A stretch of DNA of 64,000 nt, taken from positions 32,001-96,000 of the forward strand of contig JBDKUN010000033.1 in the NCBI GenBank assembly GCA_039679675.1, given 5' to 3'. The notes beneath the pieces are model-generated. The model saw only the letters and a list, made by a program, of their open reading frames with translations. It did not search any database and had not been told where the DNA came from. Shown here one piece after another: positions 50,823-59,760 of this stretch (positions are counted from its first letter, which is position 1; the number at the start of each line of letters is the position of its first letter). This DNA is from Armatimonadota bacterium (GTDB lineage: Bacteria; Armatimonadota; UBA5829; DTLH01). Made by a program: the position numbers and the translations under genes.

Positions 50823-51788
50823 TCAGGGATTATCAGCTCCATATAGAGAGAAATCCGCACACATGGGCCGATGGTTCGACGCGTCGATCTTCGGCATCCA
50901 GCACTGGACTGGCTCGATGCTGCCTTTCGAGAAGATGTGGTCGATGCGGACCATCGGTAGTTCTCTCTTGTAGCTCAGGCCAAGCCCTTGTCCCCTGCGC
51001 TTGAAGGCATTCGTCATATGTGAACCGAGCATTCTGTAAATCCGCGTGTTCGGCGGGGTGTTGAAGTCTCCGCATACGATTACCGGAACATCTGCGGGCA
51101 GTTCGTTCAGAATTTCGGTCGCCTGTTTCATCCGCAGATCGTCTGCAGCGCAGATATTACCAGGTGTCATGCTCGATAGCCTTGGCTTGAACGGCACTGC
51201 AAAGTGGGTGTTTGCGATTACGACCTCCTCGCCGTCCACATCCGCTGCTGCCCAGAGCGCGGAATGGGTAGTTCCGAGCCGCTTTAAGGGAAACCTGCTC
51301 AAGATGACAAGTTCGCCGCAGACTTTTGAACTCCACCCCCTAAACTGTGGACGGGAGAGCATCTCGTCCAGATGTTTTTGTGCCCACGGGTCTGCTTCCT
51401 GAAGGCAAATGATGTCCGGCATTGTCTGCGTGAAAAGCTCCGGCAGGCGGGAGCCGCCTCTGCCGTAGTATAAGTTCCATGTCAGGATTCTAAGCTGTGA
51501 CGGCATTTTCGGTGAAGCCTGTGGGAGGGACATCCCAATCAGAAATATAAGTACGAAGGCTACCGGGACTATCGAAATGACCGCAAGCCACCATTTGTGG
51601 CGGATGATCATATAAACGGTGAGGATGATCGGCGGCATCAGCCATACCTGCTGCGGCATGTAGACAAGAAGGAGCGTTGGCCACCAGCGCTCACCTGGGA
51701 ACCGTTCGAGTGCGATTACAAGAAGGATAAGGAGAACCCCGGCAGCGGCAAGTGTAAAATCCGATCTGAGAGTAAATGGGATTTTCAT
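50823..51788 (-). CDS. Membrane-anchored endonuclease/exonuclease/phosphatase family protein
   Basis: Three N-terminal TM segments; TWN, LQE, GDFNTP, IDHIF, SNH. Confidence 0.88.
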   Translation of the reverse strand: MKIPFTLRSDFTLAAAGVLLILLVIALERFPGERWWPTLLLVYMPQQVWLMPPIILTVYMIIRHKWWLAVISIVPVAFVLIFLIGMSLPQASPKMPSQLRILTWNLYYGRGGSRLPELFTQTMPDIICLQEADPWAQKHLDEMLSRPQFRGWSSKVCGELVILSRFPLKRLGTTHSALWAAADVDGEEVVIANTHFAVPFKPRLSSMTPGNICAADDLRMKQATEILNELPADVPVIVCGDFNTPPNTRIYRMLGSHMTNAFKRRGQGLGLSYKRELPMVRIDHIFSKGSIEPVQCWMPKIDASNHRPMCADFSLYGADNP

Positions 51789-51878
51789 AGCTGACCTGTA
51801 TATACCCAACAGGCAGGCGTATAATCTCTTTCGCGTATTTTGCGGTTCAGAAATTGAGGGTAAAACCTGAAACAGCTA

Positions 51879-51908
51879 TTGTCACTTAAGCTCGCACGGA
51901 GTTACAAT
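51879..51908 (+). promoter_or_regulatory. Possible sigma70 promoter
   Basis: TTGTCA-18 bp-TACAAT. Confidence 0.45.
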
Positions 51909-51952
51909 AGCTAAAATGTTCAGTCAGATAGCTTTATGCGGAGGACAGGCAT

Positions 51953-52798
51953 ATGCGTTTTAGAAAAGCGTTAATCTTATTACTCCTGCTGTTATGTATA
52001 CCTGCTGTTGCGCAAAACAGCGGGTTCATGTTCGTTCAGATAGCAGATCCCCAGTTGGGAATCTCGGAGAAAGATAAGAGCATGACTCAGGAAGTGAATA
52101 ACTTCGAGAAAGCTGTAAAGCATATAAACCAGCTTCAGCCAGCTTTTGTGGTTATATCAGGTGATCTGGTAAATCAAAAGCAAGATATGGAACAGATTAA
52201 CGCTTTCTGGAATGTAGCAAAGCAGATTCGACCGGAAATACCGCTGTTTCTGGTTTCCGGTAATCACGACCTGGCTCCGGCTACAGAAAGTGATGTGCAG
52301 TCCTACAGAAAGCTGTTCGGAAATGACTATTACTCGTTCACGTATGGCGGGTCTACGTTTATAGTGCTCGATTCTTCTGTGATCCATTATACCGAGGGTG
52401 ATCCGGTGATACGTAAGGCCCAGCGGGGATGGTTTGAAAGCCAACTGGCAGAAGCGAGAAAGAACAATGCTAGCCATATCTTTGTGCTGACTCATCATCC
52501 GTGGTTTATTAATAATCCCGACGAGATCGATGCCAATGATAATATACCGTTGTCTGAACGCAAGGACTATCTATCACTGATGGATACTTATGGAGTCGAT
52601 TACGCCTTAGCAGGACACCTGCACATGGAAGTATTCGGGCAGTATGGCAAGATGTCACTTATTACCACCGGTCCATTAAGTAAATCATTTACCAAAACAC
52701 CTGTGGGTTTGCGTATATTCAAAGTTTACAAAGACAGAGTCGAGCAGGAATACTATCCGCTCGACAAAATACCTGATCATATCGAAGTAAATAAATAG
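51953..52798 (+). CDS. Secreted calcineurin-like metallophosphoesterase
   Basis: Signal peptide; DPQ, GDLV, GNHD, HHP, GHLH. Confidence 0.9.
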   Translation: MRFRKALILLLLLLCIPAVAQNSGFMFVQIADPQLGISEKDKSMTQEVNNFEKAVKHINQLQPAFVVISGDLVNQKQDMEQINAFWNVAKQIRPEIPLFLVSGNHDLAPATESDVQSYRKLFGNDYYSFTYGGSTFIVLDSSVIHYTEGDPVIRKAQRGWFESQLAEARKNNASHIFVLTHHPWFINNPDEIDANDNIPLSERKDYLSLMDTYGVDYALAGHLHMEVFGQYGKMSLITTGPLSKSFTKTPVGLRIFKVYKDRVEQEYYPLDKIPDHIEVNK

Positions 52799-52814
52799 AA
52801 AAGGGTTTGTTTAG

Positions 52815-53975
52815 ATGAGTAACAAAGTTCGCATAGGAATCATCGGCGTAGGAGGCATGGGGAGCGGACATGCCGAGTATATCAAAAATGGCAAGATCAA
52901 AGGCTGTGAGCTTACAGCCGTGTGCGATATCGTGCCTGAAAAGCTCAAGAGATTCTCAGCACTAAAAACATATACGGACAGCCGGGAAATCATCCGCTCC
53001 GGCGAAGTTGACGCGGTTATTATAGCTACCCCGCACTACTTTCACACAACAATTGGAATAGATGCGCTGGAGCAGGGGCTCCATGTTCTTGTCGAGAAGC
53101 CGATTTCCGTCCATAAGGCTGATTGCGAGCGTCTTATTGCCGCCCATAAGAATAAAGACCAGGTCTTCTCAGCAATGTTCAACCAGAGGACTGACCCGCA
53201 CTATCAGAAGCTGAAGGCTATGATCGAAAACGGGGAACTGGGGGAGATTACCCGCGTAAACTGGGTCATTACGGACTGGTTCCGGCCGGAAGCTTATTAT
53301 GCAAGCGGCGGTTGGAGAGCTACCTGGAAAGGTGAGGGCGGCGGTGTGCTGACAAATCAGTGTCCGCATCAACTCGACCTGATGCAGTGGCTTTTTGGAA
53401 TGCCGAGCAAGGTACGGGCGTTCTGTAAGTTCGGTGCGAAGCACAACATAGAAGTCGAGGACCAGGTAACTGCGTATCTCGAGTATCCGAACGGAGCGAC
53501 CGGTATTTTTATAACGACTACAGGCGAGGCTCCCGGCGTTAACAGGCTGGAAGTCTGCGGCGAGAGAGGCAGAGTCACTATCGAGGGAGGGAATATACGT
53601 TTCGTAAGAAACGAGGTTCCGACAACCGAGTTCAGCAAGACAACAGATCAGGTGTTTGCGACTCCGCCGGTCTGGTGGGTTGAAATCCCTGTGTCGGGAC
53701 ATGGCGAGCAGCATCCCGCTATTACGCAGAATTTCGTAAATGCGATTCTTCATGGAACGCCGCTTCTGGCTCCTGCTGAGGAAGGTATCAAGTCCGTCGA
53801 ACTGGCAAATGCTATGCTCTACTCGACGCTTACGAACTCCACGGTCGAGATGCCGCTGGATGGAGCCGCTTACGAGAAAGAGCTCAAGAAACTTATAGAG
53901 AACTCTACATTTGAGAAGAAAGCCGTTGATGACAGCAAGGTATTGGACCTTTCGGGGTCAGTCAAGCAATCATAA
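52815..53975 (+). CDS. Gfo/Idh/MocA family oxidoreductase
   Basis: GVGGMG, ATPHYFH, EKP, WRATWKGEGGG. Confidence 0.92.
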   Translation: MSNKVRIGIIGVGGMGSGHAEYIKNGKIKGCELTAVCDIVPEKLKRFSALKTYTDSREIIRSGEVDAVIIATPHYFHTTIGIDALEQGLHVLVEKPISVHKADCERLIAAHKNKDQVFSAMFNQRTDPHYQKLKAMIENGELGEITRVNWVITDWFRPEAYYASGGWRATWKGEGGGVLTNQCPHQLDLMQWLFGMPSKVRAFCKFGAKHNIEVEDQVTAYLEYPNGATGIFITTTGEAPGVNRLEVCGERGRVTIEGGNIRFVRNEVPTTEFSKTTDQVFATPPVWWVEIPVSGHGEQHPAITQNFVNAILHGTPLLAPAEEGIKSVELANAMLYSTLTNSTVEMPLDGAAYEKELKKLIENSTFEKKAVDDSKVLDLSGSVKQS

Positions 53976-53984
53976 ATAACCTGT

Positions 53985-54036
53985 AATCGTGCTTCTCCCC
54001 ATGAACCCATTGGACCACGGGGAGAAGCACGATTTT
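53985..54036 (+). terminator. Long GC hairpin after the Gfo gene
   Basis: AATCGTGCTTCTCCCC...GGGGAGAAGCACGATT followed by TT. Confidence 0.55.
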
Positions 54037-54053
54037 GCACTAATTTGATAAAC

Positions 54054-54131
54054 TTTCCTGGATGCTGAGTCAAGCTCAGCATGACGTATGCTTCGGGACC
54101 GCAGTTCGTCCCGAAGTACGAGTCTCCAATA
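54054..54131 (+). repeat. Half copy of family 1 fused to a family-2 copy
   Basis: tttcctggatgctgagtcaagctcagcatgacg-TAtgcttcgggaccgcagttcgtcccgaagtacgagtctccaaTA. Confidence 0.85.
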
Positions 54132-54208
54132 ATCCCCTAGATATCAAGCCCTTTTTGAACTCCAATCTCCTGGGTAGACTTTTCATTGTTAATTCAGGAG
54201 GATGTGCT

Positions 54209-55414
54209 ATGCCCGATAAATCATATAAATACATCATTGTCGGCGGTGGTTTGGCGGGTGCATCGGCTGTCGAGGGGATCAGGGAACGGGACAAAGGAGG
54301 CTCGATCCTGCTCTTCGGAAGCGAAAAGCATCTGCCGTATGACCGCCCTCCATTGACCAAGAAACTGTGGTTCGGACAGAAAAAGGTAGAAGAAATCTTC
54401 GTCCACGACAGCGATTTCTACAAGGCCAACAACGTCGATCTTGCCTTTGATGTGGATGTCGTCGGGGTGGATGCCTCAGGAAAAAACGTCACGGACAGCA
54501 GAGGCGACACGTATCCGTTCGATAAGCTTCTTTTAGCGACAGGCGGTGTTCCGAGAACGCTTGATATTCCCGGCGGGGATCTGGATGGGATTTATTACTA
54601 CCGTTATCTCGACGATTACCTCCGGCTAAGAGGAGAAGCAATCGAAGAGGCGCGGGCTGTCGTCATAGGCGGCGGGTTTATCGGCTCAGAGATAGCAGCA
54701 GCGCTCAACATCAATGAAGTAGAAGTAACGATGATATACCCTGAAGCCTATATCGTGCAAAGGGTCTTTCCTGAAGGTCTGGGACGGGCGATACAGGACG
54801 AATACATCGATCGGGGAGTAAATATCTACTCCAGTGATGTTCCTGTGACGATAGAAAAGCAGCGGAGTGTGTTTCTGACTCGCACTAAGGCTGGTGCTCT
54901 GATCGAGTCGGATATGGTGATCATCGGTGCGGGGATAATCCCGTCTATCGAGCTGGCAGAGATGGCGGGACTTACCATCCAAAACGGGATTACGGTGAAC
55001 GACCGCCTTCAGACATCCAATACCGACATATATGCCGCTGGAGATAACGCATATTTCCCATATGCGGCTCTCGGAGAGATGATGGGAGTCGAGCACTGGG
55101 ACAACGCGATCAACCAGGGTAAGCAGGCGGGGCTAAACATGGCCGGAGCAGACGAGCCTTATACCTATATGCCTTATTTCTTCTCTGACCTGTTCGATTT
55201 CGGCTACGAGGCAGTAGGGGACATTAACTCAAAGCTCGAAACACACGCGGACTGGCAGAAAGAATACGACACAGGGACCATCTACTACCTAAAAGACGGC
55301 AAAGTCAGAGGCATGATGATGTGCAATGTGTGGGAAAGAGTGGAAGACGCTAGAAGTATCATCAGAAATGGCAGGCAGATCCTTCCCGAAGATTTGAGAG
55401 GTGCAATCACATAG
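54209..55414 (+). CDS. FAD/NAD(P)H-dependent oxidoreductase (ferredoxin/monodehydroascorbate reductase-like)
   Basis: GGGLAG, PYDRPPLTK, LLATG, GGGFIGSE, IYAAGD, EHWDNA, PYFFSD; AGGAGG RBS. Confidence 0.9.
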   Translation: MPDKSYKYIIVGGGLAGASAVEGIRERDKGGSILLFGSEKHLPYDRPPLTKKLWFGQKKVEEIFVHDSDFYKANNVDLAFDVDVVGVDASGKNVTDSRGDTYPFDKLLLATGGVPRTLDIPGGDLDGIYYYRYLDDYLRLRGEAIEEARAVVIGGGFIGSEIAAALNINEVEVTMIYPEAYIVQRVFPEGLGRAIQDEYIDRGVNIYSSDVPVTIEKQRSVFLTRTKAGALIESDMVIIGAGIIPSIELAEMAGLTIQNGITVNDRLQTSNTDIYAAGDNAYFPYAALGEMMGVEHWDNAINQGKQAGLNMAGADEPYTYMPYFFSDLFDFGYEAVGDINSKLETHADWQKEYDTGTIYYLKDGKVRGMMMCNVWERVEDARSIIRNGRQILPEDLRGAIT

Positions 55415-55426
55415 AAGGAGGCTGAT

Positions 55427-55747
55427 ATGAGACTTTCCGAGGAGAAAACGATTCCATCCAGAGCAGGGGCTTCGCCAATGCATTCGGAGGATGCTGAAGA
55501 CCTGGCCATGCAGGTGCCTGAATGGATAATGGAGGACAATAAAATCGTTCGAGAGTTCAAACTGAAGGACTTCAAGAGTGCCATCGATTTTGTTAATGAT
55601 GTAGCTGATATTGCGGAGACCGAGGACCACCACCCGGACATTTGCATCAGCTACAATAAGGTAAAATTGGAGCTTTCGACACATAAAATCGGCGGACTTT
55701 CCCGAAATGACTTTATTTTAGCGGCGAAAATAGATAAGCTATTGTAG
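55427..55747 (+). CDS. phhB: Pterin-4-alpha-carbinolamine dehydratase
   Basis: AETEDHHPDI, STHKIGGLSRNDFILAAKID. Confidence 0.93.
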   Translation: MRLSEEKTIPSRAGASPMHSEDAEDLAMQVPEWIMEDNKIVREFKLKDFKSAIDFVNDVADIAETEDHHPDICISYNKVKLELSTHKIGGLSRNDFILAAKIDKLL

Positions 55748-55786
55748 GTAACAGCCATAAACCTAAAGACTGCAAAAGGAGATTGA

Positions 55787-56533
55787 ATGGGAAGAAGATT
55801 GCTTAGGGGGAAAACTGCACTTATTACCGGAGCAGCCAAGAGAATCGGCCGGGCGACAGCACTCGCGCTTGCGGACGAGGGAGTGAATATTGTAATTCAC
55901 TACAACAGCTCCAGCGCTGATGCGGAAGAGCTCATGACAGAGCTTGCCGAGCACGGCGTCAACAGTTGGACGATGAAGGCTGACTTTAGCAATCCGGATG
56001 AATACGAGTCACTTCTTACCCGTGCGCTCGATACTGCGGGCCCCATAGATATTCTGATCAACAATGCGTCCATCTTCCCAATGGAAAAACTCGATTCGAT
56101 AACCTTCGATAACTTTGTTTCCAACATGCAGATCAATGCCTGGGTTCCATTTGTGCTCGGCAGGGCTTTTGCCAAGCACATGAGGCATGGGATGATAATA
56201 AACCTCTTGGACAGCCGGATAAGCGGCTACGACTGGGCGCATGCAGGTTATATCTGGAGCAAGCACGTTCTTGCCGTGATGACCCGCATGATGGCGCTAG
56301 AATTCGCCCCGGAAATCGCCGTCAACGCTGTGGCCCCTGGGCTTATCCTACCTCCGCCTGGACAGGATGAAAGCTACCTTGACCGGCTGGTTAATACAGT
56401 CCCGCTCAAACGGCACGGCTCTGCCGAAGATGTCGCCGATGCGGTCGTATACCTCGCCGGGACGGATTTTCTGACCGGTGAAGTGGTCTATGTAGACGGC
56501 GGCAGGCATCTGAAAGAGTACACAAATGGATAG
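55787..56533 (+). CDS. Pteridine reductase-like SDR (FolM/PTR1 family)
   Basis: TGAAKRIG, HYNSS, NNASIF, YIWSK, VNAVAPG, VDGG. Confidence 0.85.
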   Translation: MGRRLLRGKTALITGAAKRIGRATALALADEGVNIVIHYNSSSADAEELMTELAEHGVNSWTMKADFSNPDEYESLLTRALDTAGPIDILINNASIFPMEKLDSITFDNFVSNMQINAWVPFVLGRAFAKHMRHGMIINLLDSRISGYDWAHAGYIWSKHVLAVMTRMMALEFAPEIAVNAVAPGLILPPPGQDESYLDRLVNTVPLKRHGSAEDVADAVVYLAGTDFLTGEVVYVDGGRHLKEYTNG

Positions 56534-56882
56534 GGTATTCATAGACGATATCCTCGCCCGGTGCATCATAGGGGTTCGTGATTATGAGCGAAAAGAGCCG
56601 CAGGAGATTCTCATAAGTGTTTCGCTTTCTGTAGACCTGAGCAAACCGGGGAAGAGCGACGACTTCGAAGATACAGTAGACTACAGCCTGCTCAAAGACT
56701 GCATACTTGAGATGGCTGAATCATCACGTTTTTACCTGATAGAAGCCCTCGCCGAGCGTACTGCCGAAATCTGCCTTGAAAATCCGATGGTGAAGGAAGC
56801 AACTGTGACTGTCAAAAAGCCATCAGCCCTCCGCTTTGTTCGTACCGTAGGCGTAGAGATTACGAGAAAAGGGGACAGATGA
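56526..56882 (+). CDS. folB: Dihydroneopterin aldolase / FolX-like epimerase
   Basis: IIGV...ER..PQ, TVDY, LIEALAE, V.KP.A, VGVEITR. Confidence 0.88.
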   Translation: MDRVFIDDILARCIIGVRDYERKEPQEILISVSLSVDLSKPGKSDDFEDTVDYSLLKDCILEMAESSRFYLIEALAERTAEICLENPMVKEATVTVKKPSALRFVRTVGVEITRKGDR

Positions 56883-56909
56883 CAGGGAACAGAATTTCCT
56901 ATATGCTTC

Positions 56910-56974
56910 TATTCTGCGGGAATTGATTCTGTGTAAATCAATGGATTATACAGACCTGCCATTCCCGCAGAATA
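56910..56974. repeat. 65-bp element with perfect 14-bp terminal inverted repeats
   Basis: TATTCTGCGGGAAT...ATTCCCGCAGAATA. Confidence 0.6.
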
Positions 56975-56979
56975 AAATA

Positions 56980-57115
56980 CCCCTCATCCCAACCTTCTCC
57001 CGCAAGGGGAGAAGGAGTTTACCTTATGCTTCGGGACCGCTTTTCGTCCCGAAGCACGACATCCACTATTTCCTTTCGCGTTTTTCGTGCTCCTTCGCGT
57101 CATTCGCGATTCAAA
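56980..57115 (+). repeat. Repeat mosaic: CCCCTCATCCC..CCTTCTCCC-gcaag-GGGAGAAGG palindrome, family-2 copy (57025-57068) and CGCGAA-type array
   Basis: Direct reading; family-2 copy matches 9636-9679 in reverse. Confidence 0.75.
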
Positions 57116-57197
57116 GTCCCCCGGCAAAAGTGTAACCACTCTTCGTAAATGGGTATCTGCTGAACTGTACAGATAATTTTGATGGAGGTTGCCACTT

Positions 57198-57620
57198 ATG
57201 CCTGAATTCGTGTCTCCTTTCAAAGGACTAGTAGAACGCGAGATGTCTCATACCGAGCTTGTTCGTGCAATCATGCTCGATATTGCAGCAGAGCTTGAGG
57301 CCGTACATATTTATATGGCGCACATGGAAGCTACTAATAACGAAGATGCGCGGAAGGTCCTGTATGATATAGCACTGGAAGAATTGGTACACGTCGGGGA
57401 GTTCACAAGCCTCCTCTACCGCCTCGATCCAGTTTCTGCGGCGAAGGCAAAAGAAGGGTTTGACGAAGTTGCAGAGCTTCTTGGTTCAAAAGCGCCGGGT
57501 GAACCGGCTGGGGTAGGGGATGTTACAGAATCAGGTGATGGAGCTAAGCAAGATACATCAGCGCCGACTGGGTTTACCGTCGGAAGTCTCATAGGCCGCG
57601 AGCAGCAAAAGCAGCCGTAA
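57198..57620 (+). CDS. Ferritin-like protein with encapsulin cargo-loading peptide
   Basis: RAI..DIAAELEA..Y and DIA.EE.VH.GEF ferroxidase motifs; Gly/Pro linker then GFTVGSL. Confidence 0.82.
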   Translation: MPEFVSPFKGLVEREMSHTELVRAIMLDIAAELEAVHIYMAHMEATNNEDARKVLYDIALEELVHVGEFTSLLYRLDPVSAAKAKEGFDEVAELLGSKAPGEPAGVGDVTESGDGAKQDTSAPTGFTVGSLIGREQQKQP

Positions 57621-57879
57621 CGGGAAAACCACCTGCGACGGAAAAAACAGAATAGTTGATATTATTTCTGCTTAATAGTTAGCCAAATATATAGCTGCAT
57701 AAATGTATTAAAATGACAAATATGCCATACATGGCGATCTATAACGTTAACAATTAGCCCTAAAACTAACAGATTAATGGTTGTGGCTATACTATAGATG
57801 ATATATTATATTATTAAGGTTGATGGCCACAATATCTGTTAAGAATTGGAACCAATAGTGTTATAAGGGGCTAGACACA

Positions 57880-58971
57880 ATGGGCAGAGTAACGATTCGT
57901 AAAATAATAGAGAAGGTTCATGTTGATAATCCTGATGCGCTAGAAATGGTTGATGTTGAATTCATTCGCTTATTTAACGAGTGTGCGCGTAATGAATTCA
58001 GTGTTTCTGAGCCAGAATCGAAATGGCAATTCTGGAGTATAGAACGAGCAAGAAAGGCAATAAAGGCGGAAAAACTAGGTGGATTGAAAGAAAGAGACAA
58101 AAGACGGTTTCTTTTGTTGCTAGACCAGTATCGTAAGGCTGCAGAATCAATCTATCAAATGCCCACTATATTTAGTATTTCTACAAGTCACTTGCAGGAT
58201 ATATGGGAAGCGGTCAACAAAGAAAGAAATAATGAAATAGAAACAACAAAGAAGATGATTAAAGAGGCAGAATCGATAGATCATACAGCAAAGGAAGGTA
58301 AAATCTTTTCAGCAAAGGAGCTAAAAACTCTGGAAGATGTAATAAAGCGTGCACGCATTATTCTGAAGAAAACTACAGATGCTGCAGAAAAAGCTATACC
58401 AGCACAACAAGCCATGAAAGAAAACATACTATCGACATCAGAACATGTTTATCCTTCTGCATTCGTTTATTTGATCGCGATTCTCGATAGCTTTATTGCT
58501 GATACATTAAGGTTCATATATACAATGCATCCACATCAGATGCAAACCAAGTTTACTCAACACACAAGGAAGGAAAATGCTGAGTTAAAACGAGTGGATT
58601 ACCAAACGATATTTCAGAGTGGTTCCTACTCAGCATTGATCAACCACATAGTGGAACAAGAGGTCGGATTGGTAACAAACAGAAATATTACATTGCAATT
58701 TACTGCAATGGAAAATTGCGGTATTGACTTATCCAAAATCGATAAGCTTGATGCGGTAGAAATCACTGCCACTCGCAACATATACGTACACAATGCAGGG
58801 AAAGTTAATGAAATATACCTTGATACGACGAAAGAATATTGGTCTGCGCTCAAAAAACGGACACCATTCAAGATTGGGCAGGTTCGACCAATTGACAAAG
58901 ATTACTTTGAGCATGTGGGACCATTAATTGAAGGCGTGTTAATAGCTGTTAAGGAATTTATAACACCTTAA
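57880..58971 (+). CDS. AT-rich hypothetical protein with putative HEPN domain
   Basis: RNIYVH (Rx4H) followed by NAG; codon usage and flanks visibly more AT-rich than neighbours. Confidence 0.6.
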   Translation: MGRVTIRKIIEKVHVDNPDALEMVDVEFIRLFNECARNEFSVSEPESKWQFWSIERARKAIKAEKLGGLKERDKRRFLLLLDQYRKAAESIYQMPTIFSISTSHLQDIWEAVNKERNNEIETTKKMIKEAESIDHTAKEGKIFSAKELKTLEDVIKRARIILKKTTDAAEKAIPAQQAMKENILSTSEHVYPSAFVYLIAILDSFIADTLRFIYTMHPHQMQTKFTQHTRKENAELKRVDYQTIFQSGSYSALINHIVEQEVGLVTNRNITLQFTAMENCGIDLSKIDKLDAVEITATRNIYVHNAGKVNEIYLDTTKEYWSALKKRTPFKIGQVRPIDKDYFEHVGPLIEGVLIAVKEFITP

Positions 58972-58983
58972 TTAGATCAGTAT

Positions 58984-59760
58984 TTATCTATGTGGTTTGC
59001 ACGCAAGAAGTGCTGCTCCAAGAGCGCCGGTCATCTGTGGGTTCGGCGCTGTTGAAACGGGATGCCCCAGGACCCGTTCCAGAGCTTTGTCCATTCCGGG
59101 GACGAGTGCGACTCCGCCGGTGAAAACTACAGGGGGAATAACTGATTTTCCTGCCATCGAGGTGATTCTGGTCGCTATGGAGTTCTGGACACCAGCAACT
59201 ATGTCTTCAGGTGCTGTGCCGGATGCCAGAAGCCCGATGATCTCCGTTTCCGCGAATACTATACACATGCTGCTGATCGCTGCGGGGGTTATACTCTTCG
59301 ATGCAAGCTCTCCGAGTTCAGCCAGTTCCACGCTCAAACGGTCTGCGACGACTTCGAGAAAGCGCCCTGTGCCTGCGGCGCATCTGTCATTCATCATGAA
59401 GTCCTGTACGGAGCCGCCGGGGCCGAGCTTCAGGAGTTTGCTGTCCTGTCCGCCTATTTCTACGACTGTACGAGCAGAGGGAACAAGGTGATGCACACCG
59501 CGGGCGTGGCAGGTGATCTCTGTTATAGTCGTATCGGCGATGCTGATGGTGTTTCGCCCGTAGCCGGTCGCTACGATCTTTTGGACATCCTCGGAGTTGT
59601 GGCTGCTGTCCTTTAGAAGATGCTCGTAAAGCTCCATTGCCAGATCATTGCTCTTTACACCCTGTCCAACCGTTCCTGATGCGATGACTTCGTGCGTCTC
59701 GGTATCCACCAGGACTATTTTTATTGCTCTTGATCCGGCATCTATTCCAACCCCGATCAT
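58984..59760 (-). CDS. Acyl-CoA dehydratase activase (HgdC/BcrAD-type ASKHA ATPase, [4Fe-4S])
   Basis: GIDAGS, ATGYGR, TEITCHA, IGGQDSK, MNDRCAAGTG, SMCIVFAE, TGGVA. Confidence 0.94.
   Translation of the reverse strand: MIGVGIDAGSRAIKIVLVDTETHEVIASGTVGQGVKSNDLAMELYEHLLKDSSHNSEDVQKIVATGYGRNTISIADTTITEITCHARGVHHLVPSARTVVEIGGQDSKLLKLGPGGSVQDFMMNDRCAAGTGRFLEVVADRLSVELAELGELASKSITPAAISSMCIVFAETEIIGLLASGTAPEDIVAGVQNSIATRITSMAGKSVIPPVVFTGGVALVPGMDKALERVLGHPVSTAPNPQMTGALGAALLACKPHR

Noticed and set aside
54062..54208. 49-aa N-terminal extension of the FAD oxidoreductase
   Set aside because: It translates repeat DNA; the ATG at 54209 has an AGGAGG RBS and starts the Rossmann fold.
56879..56926. Possible folK remnant (MTGNRISYMLLFCGN) overlapping the folB stop
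   Set aside because: No GSN motif, and removing the 65-bp element does not restore a FolK-like frame.
4445..57115. Palindromic repeats as a CRISPR array
   Set aside because: Copies are dispersed, not tandem with unique equal-length spacers, and no cas genes are present.
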